Assembly: GCA_032718475.1 (NCBI GenBank)
Contig: JAUCBJ010008255.1
Span: 1 to 43,269 of the forward strand
From: Nemertoderma westbladi
Lineage: Eukaryota > Animalia > Xenacoelomorpha
Reading direction: 5' to 3'
Length of the DNA: 43,269 nucleotides
The translations under genes were made by a program, and so were the position numbers. Shown one piece after another: positions 22,954 through 34,560 of this stretch. Every line of letters begins with the position of its first letter. Positions within the stretch are counted from its first letter, which is position 1. Under the pieces are notes generated by a model that worked only from the letters and a program-made list of their open reading frames with translations, was not told the origin of the DNA and did no database searches.

Positions 22954-24397
22954 TACAACAGCTGAAAATCTGAATTGGTTTCATGTCAGTGTTTCATATA
23001 GGAATGTAAGTATATAGAGAAGGAACCCTGTGTATCCAATACAGACCCCCCTGGGTTTACTGAACAAGTCTGTAACCAATCCACTGATCGCTGTAATTAA
23101 TGCTAAATATATCCTTTATAAGGATATAAATAGCTGAACTGGTCATTTTGGGTGCAGAATGGAGTGCGATTGTCCAAACAGAGTTGATAGTTTAGTAACA
23201 CGGACGGACGTACAATGACATAGGGTTGTCGGGTAACTTTAGGGAAACCACAACCAGCCACAGTGGGACCGAGATAATTAGAATAGATTAGATAAACATA
23301 TAACATTATAGTAGTTCTGAATGGGAACCAACTCCGTTACACTCATTGTAAACCAATGTTTTATTGGTTAAATAATATAACCAATGGGAACCTCTGAGAT
23401 ATAATTAAAACGTTTTATTAGTAGATGGACCAGGTTTGTGTCTACCAAAGTGACACGTAGCAGATACACAGGTATTAACTCGAATACTCAATACAGATAA
23501 TATGGGAATAAAATCGACCAAGAACGAATTAAAATGGAAATAAATTGAAAGAAATTTATATCATTTATGTATTTATATCTGATATAAATTAATTATTTTA
23601 TATGTAATTTTAGCAAACATTGCGAGCTCTCCCTATGGAATATACTAATAAATCTTTGTTAATATATTTTATATAAATACAGTTAGAAAATTCCATAAAT
23701 TAAAATTAATACAAAATACTCTAAATTATTTTTTGTAACTAAATGTAATATTCTGTAAGATACGGAATTGAACTGATTTTATTCAATCATTTGATCTGAT
23801 CTTCAATGGAATAATTAGGACAGTTTGACGTTCCAACATCTGAACTTCTTTCTGTAGAGGGTTTGAGTACTTTATTAGGATTTCTTTTTTGATTCGCGGT
23901 TATTCTGTAAATAAATGAATAATATAATAATATGTGATGGGATCTGAGTTGGCGTGGGATCCCGACCGGGTAAATCTCTTGTCGTGTTTCCCTCGCATCG
24001 CCGTGTTTATAATGACTATGAATGCTGAAGGCCGTAGGCTGGTAAAATGCAAGAGTTATTGGTTTATCGTTGTTAATAATAGCTGATAAATATATAAGTA
24101 CCAGTAGACAAATTACAGCACAATCAATAGAAGATACCTCGACGGTGGTATACCGTCCAACATCCACAGTAATTAATAGCCAAATGAACACAGTTAATAT
24201 TGTCCAACAGATATATGGAAACTATGGGGAAACTTATTACACAGTCCTACCTACATGGCGACTGACCAAAGGATACACGTTATACTTGCCAGCTGCCCCC
24301 CCCCCCCCCCCCCCCCCATTTGTTGGTTTTTCCCCCACTTCTGTCACCCCATGTTCCCTCAGCCCTTGCATCACCTCATATTCCTTGGTCCTCGATC

Positions 24398-25490
24398 GAC
24401 ACAAACGTTGTCGATCCATCGTATACTGATCTGATTGCTGCAATTTCATCAGGAATCCCATATAATGAAAGTATGCTGAAGATACATAGGCGAGAGACTG
24501 AATCAAAGGCCTTGAAGAAGTCAACAAAGATAACAGCCAGATGCCTGTCTTCTCTTTGCAGCAGCCTTCACTTCTGCAAAGGAGATATCGCCATTGGGAA
24601 TATCTGGGAGTACAGACTCAAACACTTTTACTTCTATAAAGTTATCAGGCAATACCCTGTCATTATTGAGGAGCTTTTCAAAGTGGGCCTTCCAACCATT
24701 GAGGCGATCGGCTGGTGATTCTGTATTAACCTTGGTGGTTGGTTGGTTTTTCCGCCCACTAAGCAAGTTTATTAATTTTTATGCCTGGGATGATTGCCTG
24801 CTGTTGTCAGAATCATTGATGGCATCAACCTGTTGGTTTATTAGCTCCTGCATATTAACAGAGTACTGCCTGTTCGGGGATCTATATGCAGTCTTAACTG
24901 CATTCTTGGCCGCTGTAGTCTGTTTGAGTCGGGACTTTTCGGCGCCTTATAGAGGTCATATCGGAACTTCTGAATTTTGTGGTCAGTCCAGGGGGCCCTT
25001 TTCCTGTTTCGAGGGTATACAGCAACTTTTTCTGCAGCTGCTAACTTAGCTGCTTCTGTGTAGGCAGTATAGCCCTCACAGTGATCTGCCGCCTCAGAGG
25101 AAAGAACCTCATACCTGTTGCTCAGCTGTAGTGTGAAGCTGTATCTCACACTTGGCTGTAGCAACAGAGAGGACCAGTCATGCCGCGGCAAGGCAGATTT
25201 CGTTGTTCTGCTAGCACGCATACTAAGTCTTACCTTAGCCACAATAAGCCGGTGATCACTGGAGAAGGGTCGAAGTGTAAAAACATTACAGTCTTGTATA
25301 GAGCTCCTTCATTTCCTACGAAACAGAAAATGGCCTATCAGGGTCTTGTGACCACTGGGTCCACTATGAATCCATAGCTTTCCAGTTCCCTTTTTGAACT
25401 AGGTTCCAGCCGAAAACAATCCATTTGCAGAGATAAAATCCTGAAGATGGACAGAATTTCGATTAACACTATCGCTATAGACCCTCGGTC
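24398..25490 (-). mobile_element. RTE-clade LINE, 5' half (AP endonuclease end, linker, start of RT), degraded
   Basis: Minus strand reads NRNSVHLQDFISANGLF..FKK..KLWIH.GP.G, SDHRLIVAKVRL, LSNRYEVL, WKAHFEKLLN, then after a deletion IFVDFFKAFDSV...ILSLYGIPDEI. Confidence 0.85.
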
Positions 25491-26412
25491 CAGTTCGCCA
25501 CACTTTCGATCAGTTCGGTTCAGTTTGGCCCAGATTCGTGTTCGCGTGCTATCCAACTAACAGCTTAGCTTAACTAACTCTGTGCAACTTAATAAACACT
25601 AACTAGTCTGCTGTTGTTATTTAATAGAAGAAACCAATACCGGTGCTGTACCATTATAAAGATTTAAGTAAAAAAAGTCAGTGTTTATTTTATGAACGGA
25701 TGCTACACTTACTTTAATGTTTATTGAGATTATTGTTTATTGACCAACTGGAGTTTGTAAATGGCGAATCATCATAAGTTACACGAAATAGTCCAATTCC
25801 TTCGTTAAATTTACTAAATTGTGTTTCTTTTTGCGGTTAAATTCTTAATCTATAAATAAATAAGGAATAAGAAAATGTCGTTCTATCAGAAAATTGAAAC
25901 ATTAATGATAAACATAACATCTGGAGACAACAATATGACAATACGAACATATGTCAACAATATGACATATAACACATTTATCAACCACACAACCCCCGTG
26001 AATGCAGATTAAGATTCAGTGGGCACTGCTGGAGAAGTAAACATGAGGTCTTAATACCAGATCTGCTTTTCTGGCAACCAACACAATGAAAGTGTATGCG
26101 TGGACGACCGGCTATAACATAGAAAGACCAACTTGAAAGGGATACATTTCAACTGTCCAGTCCATTCTCTCTCGTCCTAGTAGTATGTATTAGTGACATA
26201 GTCTAGTCTACTCATGTTTTAGTTTCATTTAATTTATATAACTGTGACATGCAATATACTATATATTTAGTATATCATAGTTTAATGTATAGAAATATGT
26301 TTAGTGACGAATGTTCGATAATAGGTTTGCACTGTGATCAAGCAAAGGCAAAAAAATCATATAATTATTACTTACCAGTAATTAAGATCCAGTTCAGTTG
26401 CCAAATCTTATA

Positions 26413-29400
26413 ACTCCGATGGTTTAGTGGACAGAGTTTATGGTTCCGATGGGTTAGTGGACAGAGTTTATGGTTCCGATGGGTTGGTGGAGAGAGGTTA
26501 TGGTTCCAATGGGTTGGTGGATACAGATTATGGTTCCGTTGGGTTGGTGGATGTAGATTCTGGTTCCGATGGGTTGATGGATAGAAGTTATGGTTCCGAT
26601 GGGTTGGTGGATAGAGTTTATGGTTCTGATGGGTTGGTGGATAGAGGTTATGGTTCCGATGGATTACTGGACAGATTTTATGAGTCCGATGGGTTGTTCG
26701 ATAGAGGTTATGGTTCTGATGGGTTGGTGAATAGAGTTTAAGGTTCCGATGGGTAACTGGATAGAGTTTATGGTTCTGATGGGTTGGTGGATAGAGTTTA
26801 GGGTTCCGATGGGTTACTGTAAAGAGTTTATGGTTCCGATGGGTTGCTGGATAGTGTTTATGGTTCTGATGGGTTGGTGGATAGAGTTTAAAGTTCCGAT
26901 AGGTTGATGAATAGAGTTTATGGTTCGTTATGTTGGTGTAAAGAGTTTATGGTTCCGATGGGTTACTGGATCGAGTTTATGGTTCCGATGGGTTGGTGAA
27001 TAGAGTTTATGTTTCTGATGGGTTGGTGGATATAGTTTATGGTTCCGATGGGTTACTGGATAGAATTTATGGTTCCGTTGTGTTGGTGAATAGAGTTTAT
27101 GGTTCCGATGGGTTGGTGGATAGAGTTTATGGTTCTGATGGGTTGGTGAATAGAGTTTAGGGTTCCGATGGGTTACTGGATAGAATTTAGGGTTCCGATG
27201 GGTTACTGGATAGAGTTTATGGTTCCGATGGGTTGGTGAATAGAGTTTATGGTTCTGAAGGGTGGGTGGATAGAGTTTAGGGTTCCGATGGGTTGGTGAA
27301 TAGAGTTTATGGTTCCAATGGGTTGGTGGATACAGATTATGGTTCCGATGGGTTGGTGGATAGAGTTTATGGTTCCGATGGGTTGGTGGATAGAGTTTAT
27401 CGTTCTGATGGGTTAGTGAATAGAGTTTATGGTTCCGATAGGTCACTGGATCGAGTTTATGGTTCCGATGGGTTGGTGAATAGAGTTTATGGTTCTGATG
27501 GGTTGGTGGATAGAGTTTATGGTTCCGATGGGTTACTGGATAGAGTTTATGGTTCCGATGGGTTGGTGAATAGAGTTTATGTTTCTGATGGGTTGGTGGA
27601 TATAGTTTATGGTTCCGATGGGTTACTGGATAGAATTTATGGTTCCGTTGTGTTGGTGAATAGAGTTTATGGTTCCGATGGGTTGGTGGATAGAGTTTAT
27701 GGTTCTGATGGGTTGGTGAATAGAGTTTAGGGTTCCGATGGGTTACTGGATAGAATTTAGGGTTCCGATGGGTTACTGGATAGAGTTTATGGTTCCGATG
27801 GGTTGGTGAATAGACTTTCTGGTTCTGATGGGTTGGTTGATAGAGTTTATGGTTCCGATGGATTACTGGATAGAGTTTATGGTTCCGATGGGTTGGTGAA
27901 TAGAGTTTATGGTTCTGAAGGGTGGGTGGATAGAGTTTAGGGTTCCGATGGGTTGGTGAATAGAGTTTATGGTTCCAATGGGTTGGTGGATACAGATTAT
28001 GGTTCCCATGGGTTGGTGGATAGAGTTTATGGTTCCGATGGGTTGGTGGATAGAGTTTATGGTTCCGATGGGTTGGTGGATAGAGTTTATGGTTCCGATG
28101 TGTTGGTGGATAGAGTTTATGGTTCCGATGGGTTGGTGGATAGAGTTTAAGGTTCCGATAGGTTGGTGGATAGAGTTTATGGTTCCGATGTGTTGGTGGA
28201 TAGAGTTTATGGTTCCGATGGGTTGGTGGATAGAGTTTATGTTTCCGATGGTTTGGTGGATAGAGTTTATGGTTCCGATAGGTTGGTGGATAGAGTTTAT
28301 GGTTCCGATGGGTTAGTGGATAGAGTTTATGGTTCCGATGGGTTGGTGGATAGAGTTTACGGTTCCGATGTGTTGGTGGATAGAGTTTATGGTTCCGATG
28401 GGTTGGTGGATAGAGTTTATGGTTCCGATGGGTTGGTGGATAGAGTTTTTGGTTCCGATCCGTTGGTGGATAGAGTTTATGGTTCCGATGGGTTGGTGGA
28501 TAGAGTTTATGGTTCCGATGGGTTGGTGAATAGAGTTTATGGTTCGTTGTGTTGGTGAAAAGAGTTTATGGTTCCGATGGGTCACTGGATAGAGTTTATG
28601 ATTCTGATGGGTTGGTGGATAGAGTTTATGGTTCTGATGGGTTGGTGGATATAGTTTATGGTTCCGATGGGTTACTGGATAGAGTTTATGGTTCCGATGG
28701 GTTGGTGAATAGAGTTTATGGTTCTGCTGGGTTGGTGGATAGAGTTTATGGTTCCGATGGGTTGGTGAATAGAGTTTATGTTTCTGATGGGTTGGTGGAT
28801 AGAGTTTATGGTTCTGATGGGTTGGTGGATAGAGTTTATGGTTCCGATGGGTTACTGGATAGAGTTTATGGTTCCGATGGGTTGGTGAATAGAGTTTATG
28901 TTTCTGATGGGTTGGTGGATTGAGTTTATGGTTCTGATGGGTTGGTGGATAGAGTTTATGGTTCCGATGGGTTACTGGATAGAGTTTATGGTTCCGATGG
29001 GTTGGTGAATATAGTTTATGGTTCTGATGGGTTACTGGATAGAATTTATGGTTCCGTTGTGTTGGTGAATAGAGTTTATGGTTCCGATGGGTTGGTGGAT
29101 AGAGTTTATGGTTCTGATTGATTGGTGAATAGAGTTTAGGGTTCCGTTGGGTTACTGGATAGAGTTTATGGTTCCGATGGGTTACTGGATAGAGTTTAAG
29201 GTTCCGATGGGTTACTAGATAGAGTTTATGGTTCCGATGGGTTGGTGAATAGAGTTTATGTTTCTGATGGGTTGGTGGATAGAGTTTATGGTTCCAATGG
29301 GTTGGTGGATAGAGATTATGGTTCTGATGGGTTGGTGGATATAATTTTTGGTTCTGATGGGTTGGTGGATAGAATTTCGGGTGCCGATGGGTTTGTGGAT

Positions 29401-29472
29401 AGAGTTGATGGTTCCGATGGGTTGGTGGATAGAATTTATAGTTCCGATGGGTTATTGGATAGAGTTTATGAG
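26413..29472. repeat. 30-bp minisatellite, about 100 copies
   Basis: Consensus TAGAGTTTATGGTTCCGATGGGTTGGTGGA; two 29-bp units (about 26925 and 28545); a block of variant units at 27001 recurs at 27571. Confidence 0.98.
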
Positions 29473-29539
29473 CTCTACCTATAAAATAAGTAGAAATAAT
29501 ATAATTTATTAATAATGTATTCAAAATAACGGTAATACC

Positions 29540-29900
29540 AGATTACACTTTGAGACCCCGACTGTAGGATATATTCCATGTAACAATTTATTACTAACTT
29601 ATTCTGAAGTTTTCGATAATTGTGTTCCAAGTAATTTGGTTCCAACATCTCCGTTAAGCCACTAATATTTGAATTCCAGTAGATTCCAGGTTTGTGTTTC
29701 CAGATTTCCTGGTTTCCTAGACTACGACGAATATCTGATAAGGAACAAATCATGTCGGTTCATTACAGTCCAGAATCGGGGTTATCATATCGGATCGGCG
29801 ATACTAAAAGATTTCAAGTCTGTTTTATAATTTAGGCGGTTGTTTGATTTGGTTCAGAGCCTGACAGTTTACTGGTTTACGATGCCGAGATCAGGAGATA
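29540..29900 (-). pseudogene. Third, highly degraded copy of the Roco C-terminal module
   Basis: Fragments PDLGIVNQ, ILDCNEP, LSDI, MEYILQSGS are collinear with PDPDIVNK, LLDCNEE, LADI, LESIKWGS of the main ORF. Confidence 0.4.
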
Positions 29901-30014
29901 TTCGTATTTCCATCTATAAAAGAGAAAACTTAATAAAATAATTATTAAACTTTAACTTGAATGTATATTTACCATAATATAATAGAAATTGCACTAAATT
30001 TTATATATTTAATA

Positions 30015-30089
30015 TAGTGGATGGTGGGTCGGACACGAATAGCTATAAAATGCTAGTAGAAATTGTGTGTCCGGCCCTGACTGGCACTA
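30015..30089. repeat. 75-bp imperfect hairpin / tiny MITE
   Basis: TAGTGGATGGTGGGTCGGACAC ... GTGTCCGGCCCTGACTGGCACTA, flanked by TA on both sides. Confidence 0.5.
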
Positions 30090-30238
30090 TAAGTTAAAAA
30101 TAAATATGAAATATTATCCTTACCATTCTTGGTAAATAACATTATTATGGGATATATTCCCATCATATCCAATACATTATTTATCTCTGGTTGGTAACAA
30201 AATTAAACACTGAAAATTTTATATAATTATTTTTATAT

Positions 30239-31082
30239 TTAGACTAAATCATCTAAATTATGTACAGCTGTAGTCAGGATATCAGCTATTTGACCCTGAT
30301 TTGTGTCTCTCAGACATTGACAGAATGTAAGAAAATCGTTGTATGACCTTCTAATTATCGCGTTGACCAGTTCATTATTCTTTGCCACTGTGGATTCTTT
30401 ACTATTGATTGATTTAGCTATAGAATCCCTAAACACTTGTTTCCTACAAAGTAATTTTATTACCAAGTGTGGTTCGATTCTATTAACTAAAACAAACTTA
30501 TATTTAGTTAGTATCAACGGAAACTTTTTATCATCATCTGTTGTTTTATCCTCTAAAATATTTACTATATGAGTTTGATATGTTTCCTTTAATCCTTCAA
30601 TAAATATTCCGTAATTATTTTCTGTTCCCCATTTTATTGCCTCCAATAAAGTCTTTATTTTACTGAATACATTTGGTTTCGAGTTAATTATAGATAAAAA
30701 AAACATCCCGAGACAAAGTTCGCTTAGCTTCTAAGAAAATTATAAGTTCCAATATTTCTAGTTTATCTAGAAGTTCAATATTCTCCTTAGACGTTATTTT
30801 CTTCCAATGTGAACTTAAATCACCTGTATATTTTTCTCTTATTAAGTTGCTTTCCATATGTTTATGAAACTTACATTTGAATCTGAAATATTTTCATCGA
30901 TTTTAATAAAATGGAAACAAATTTCTTCTCTACAGTTAATTTCATTGTGCTGTTCGCATTTTGAATTACATTGACATTTTAAATGAAAACTAAACGAAAT
31001 GTTTTTTATTCGAATTTGTTTAAGGAATTCCTGCAATGAATTATTACGATAACACTTCACTTTATTGACCAGCTGTGGATCC
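30239..31082 (-). pseudogene. Second copy of the Cys-cluster plus tandem CARD module, two frameshifts
   Basis: PDPQLVNKV...KNISF.F.LKCQCNSKCEQH...C.E..CFHF, SSHW...LDKLEI.EL, LLEAIKWGTENNY..FIE.L..T.Q, RRSY.DFL.FC.CLR.TNQ..IAD.L all align to the last third of ORF 34440-37856; frameshifts at about 30880 and in an A8 run at 30696-30703. Confidence 0.9.
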
Positions 31083-31083
31083 G

Positions 31084-34000
31084 GGTAATGTCAATAACAG
31101 CAGCCTCTCCACCTTTATTGGTAATGTCAATAACAGCAGCCTCTCCACCTTGATTGGTATCGTCTATAACAGCACCCCCTCTACCTTGATTGGTAACGTC
31201 TATAACAGCAGCCTCTCATCCTTGATTGGTAATGTCTATAACAGCAGCCTCTCAACCTTGATTGGTAATGTCTATAACTGCAGCCTCTCCACCTTCATTG
31301 GTAATGTCTATAACAGCAGCCCCTCTATCTTCATTGGTAATGTCTATAACAGCAGCCTCTCTACCTTCAGTGGTAATGTCTATAACAGCAGCCTCTCCAC
31401 CTTCAGTGGTAATGTCTATAACAGCAGCCCCTCTACCTTGATTGGTATCGTCTATAACAGCACCCCCTCTACCTTGATTGGTAACGTCTATAACAGCAGC
31501 CTCTCAACCTTGATTGGTAATGTTTATAACAGCAGCCTCTCCACCTTCATGGTAACGTCTATAACAGCAGCCTTTCAACCTTGATTGGTAACGCCTATAA
31601 CAGCAGCCTCTCCACCTTCATTGGTAACGTATATAACAGCAGCCTCTCTACCTTCATTGGTAATGTCTATAACAGCAGCCTCTCTACCTTGATTGGTATC
31701 GTCTATTACAGCAGCCTCTCAACCTTGATTGGTAATGTTTATAACAGCAGCCTCTCCACCTTCATGGTAACGTCTATAACAGCAGCCTTTCAACCTTGAT
31801 TGGTAACGCCTATAACAGCAGCCTCTCCACCTTCATTGGTAACGTATATAACAGCAGCCTCTCTACCTTCATTGGTAATGTCTATAACAGCAGCCTCTCT
31901 ACCTTGATTGGTATCGTCTATTACAGCACCCCCTCTACCTTGATTGGTAACGTCTATAACAGCAGCCTCTCAACCTTGATTGGTAATGTTTATAACAGCA
32001 GCCTCTCCACCTTCATGGTAACGTCTATAACAGCAGCCTCTCTACCTTCAGTGGTAATGTCTATAACAGCAGCCTCTCCACCTTCAGTGGTAATGTCTAT
32101 AACAGCAGCCCCTCTACCTTGATTGGTATCGTCTATAACAGCACCCCCTCTACCTTGATTGGTAACGTCTATAACAGCAGCCTCTCAACCTTGATTGGTA
32201 ATGTTTATAACAGCAGCCTCTCCACCTTCATGGTAACGTCTATAACAGCAGCCTTTCAACCTTGATTGGTAACGCCTATAACAGCAGCCTCTCCACCTTC
32301 ATTGGTAACGTATATAACAGCAGCCTCTCTACCTTCATTGGTAATGTCTATAACAGCACCCCCTCTACCTTGATTGGTAACGTTTATAACAGCAGCCTCT
32401 CTACCTTCATTGGTAATGTCTATAACAGCAGCCTTTCAACCTTGATTGGTAACGCCTATAACAGCAGCCTCTCTACCTTGATTGGTAACGTCTATAACAG
32501 CAGCCCCTCTACCTTGATTGGTAATGTCTATAACAGCAGCCTCTCAACCTTGATTGGTAATGTCTATAACAGCAGCCTCTATGCCTTGATTGGTAACGTC
32601 TACAACAGCAGTCTCTCTGCCTTGATTGGTAACGTTTATAACAGCAGCCTCTTCACCTTGATTGGTAAAGTCTATAACAGCAGCCTCTCTACCTTGATTG
32701 GTAACGTTTATAACAGCAGCCTCTTCACCTTGATTGGTAAAGTCTATAACAGCAGCCTCTCCACTGGTTGATTGGTAACGTCTATAACCCCAGCAGCCTC
32801 TCCACCAGTTGATTGGTAACATCTATAACAACAGCTACATTACATTAATTGGCAATGTCTATCTATAACAGCAGCCTCTCCACCGTTTGATTGGTAACAT
32901 CTATAACAACAGCTACATTACATTGATTGGCAATGTCTATAACAGCAGCCTCTCCACCTTCAGTGGTAATGTCTATAACTGCAGCCCCTCTACCTTGATT
33001 GGTAACGTTTATAACAGCAGCCTCTCTGCCTTGATTGGTAACGTTTATAACAGCAGCCTTTCCACTTTCATGGTAACGTCTATAACAGCAGCCTCTCATC
33101 CTTGATTGGTAACGTCTATAACAGCAGCCTCTCTACCTTCATTGGTAATGTCTATAACAGCAGCCTCTCCACCTTCATTGATAATGTCTATAACAGCACC
33201 CCCTCTACCTTGATTGGTAACGTTTATAACAGCAGCCTCTATGCCTTGATTGGTAACGTCTACAACAGCAGTCTCTCTGCCTTGATTGGTAACGTTTATA
33301 ACAGCAGCCTTGATTGGTAAAGTCTATAACAGCAGCCTCTCCACCGGTTGAATGGTAACGTCTATAACCCCAGCTACATTACATTGATTGGCAATATCTA
33401 TAACAGCAGCCTCTCCACCGGTTGATTGGTAACATCTATAACAACAGCTACATCACATTAATTGGCAATGTCTATCTATAACAGCAGCCTCTCCACCGGT
33501 TGATTGGTAACGTCTATAACAACAGCTACATCACATTGATTGGCAATGTCTATAACAGCAGCCTCTCCACCGGTTGATTGGTAACGTTTATAACAGCAGT
33601 CTCTCTACCTTGATTGGTAACGTCTATAACAGCAGCCTCTCCACCTTCATTGGTAATGTCTATAACAGCACCCCCTCTACCTTGATTGGCAATGTCTATA
33701 ACAGCAGACTCTCCACCTGTTGATTGGTAACATCTATAACAACAGCTACATTACATTGATTGGCAATGTCTATAACAGCAGCCTCTCCACCGGTTGATTG
33801 GTATCATCTATAACAACAGCTACATTACATTAATTGGCAATGTCTATCTATAACAGCAGCCTCTCCACCGGTTGATTGGTAACGTCTATAACAACAGCTA
33901 CATCACATTGATTGGCAATGTCTATAACAGCAGCCTCTCCACCGGTTGATTGGTAACGTTTATAACAGCAGTCTCTCTACCTTGATTGGTAACGTCTATA

Positions 34001-34560
34001 ACAGCAGCCTCTCCACCTTCAGTGGTAATGTCTATAACTGCAGCCTCTCAACCTTGATTGGTAATGTCTATAACAGCAGCCTCTCCACCGGTTGATTGGT
34101 ATCATCTATAACAACAGCTACATTACATTAATTGGCAATGTCTATCTATAACAGCAGCCTCTCCACCGGTTGATTGGTAACGTCTATAACAACAGCTACA
34201 TCACATTGATTGGCAATGTCTATAACAGCAGCCTCTCCACCGGTTGATTGGTAACGTTTATAACAGCAGTCTCTCTACCTTGATTGGTAACGTCTATAAC
34301 AGCGGCCTCTTCACCTTCATTGGTAATGTCTATAACAGCACCCCCTCTACCTTGATTGGCAATGTCTATAACAGCAGACTCTCCACCTGTTGATTGGTAA
34401 CATCTATAACAACAGCTACATTACATTGATTGGCAATGTCTATAACAGCAGCCTCTCCACCGGTTGATTGGTAACGTCTATAACCCCAGCGGCCTCTCCA
34501 CCTTGATTAGTATTATCTATATCAGCAACTTCATCAGCTTGATTGGTAATGTCTACAATA
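31084..34560. repeat. 36-bp minisatellite, about 95 copies, continuous with the Roco reading frame
   Basis: Consensus TTGATTGGTAATGTCTATAACAGCAGCCTCTCCACC (minus frame GGEAAVIDITNQ); length variants of about 35-42 bp; higher-order blocks such as 215 bp at 31581 and 31796. Confidence 0.98.

Noticed and set aside
23020-23460. Possible DNA-transposon end with AACCAATGGGAACC-like motifs
   Set aside because: No partner inverted repeat or TSD found, so it cannot be delimited
26427-33320. Plus-strand repeat ORFs (DRVYGSDGLV, MVPMGWWIEF, LIGNVYNSSLST)
   Set aside because: By-products of stop-free repeat frames; flanking coding sequence and splice signals are on the minus strand
26413-34560. The two long arrays as CRISPR arrays
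   Set aside because: Units are head-to-tail with no unique spacers, there are no cas genes, and the context is eukaryotic
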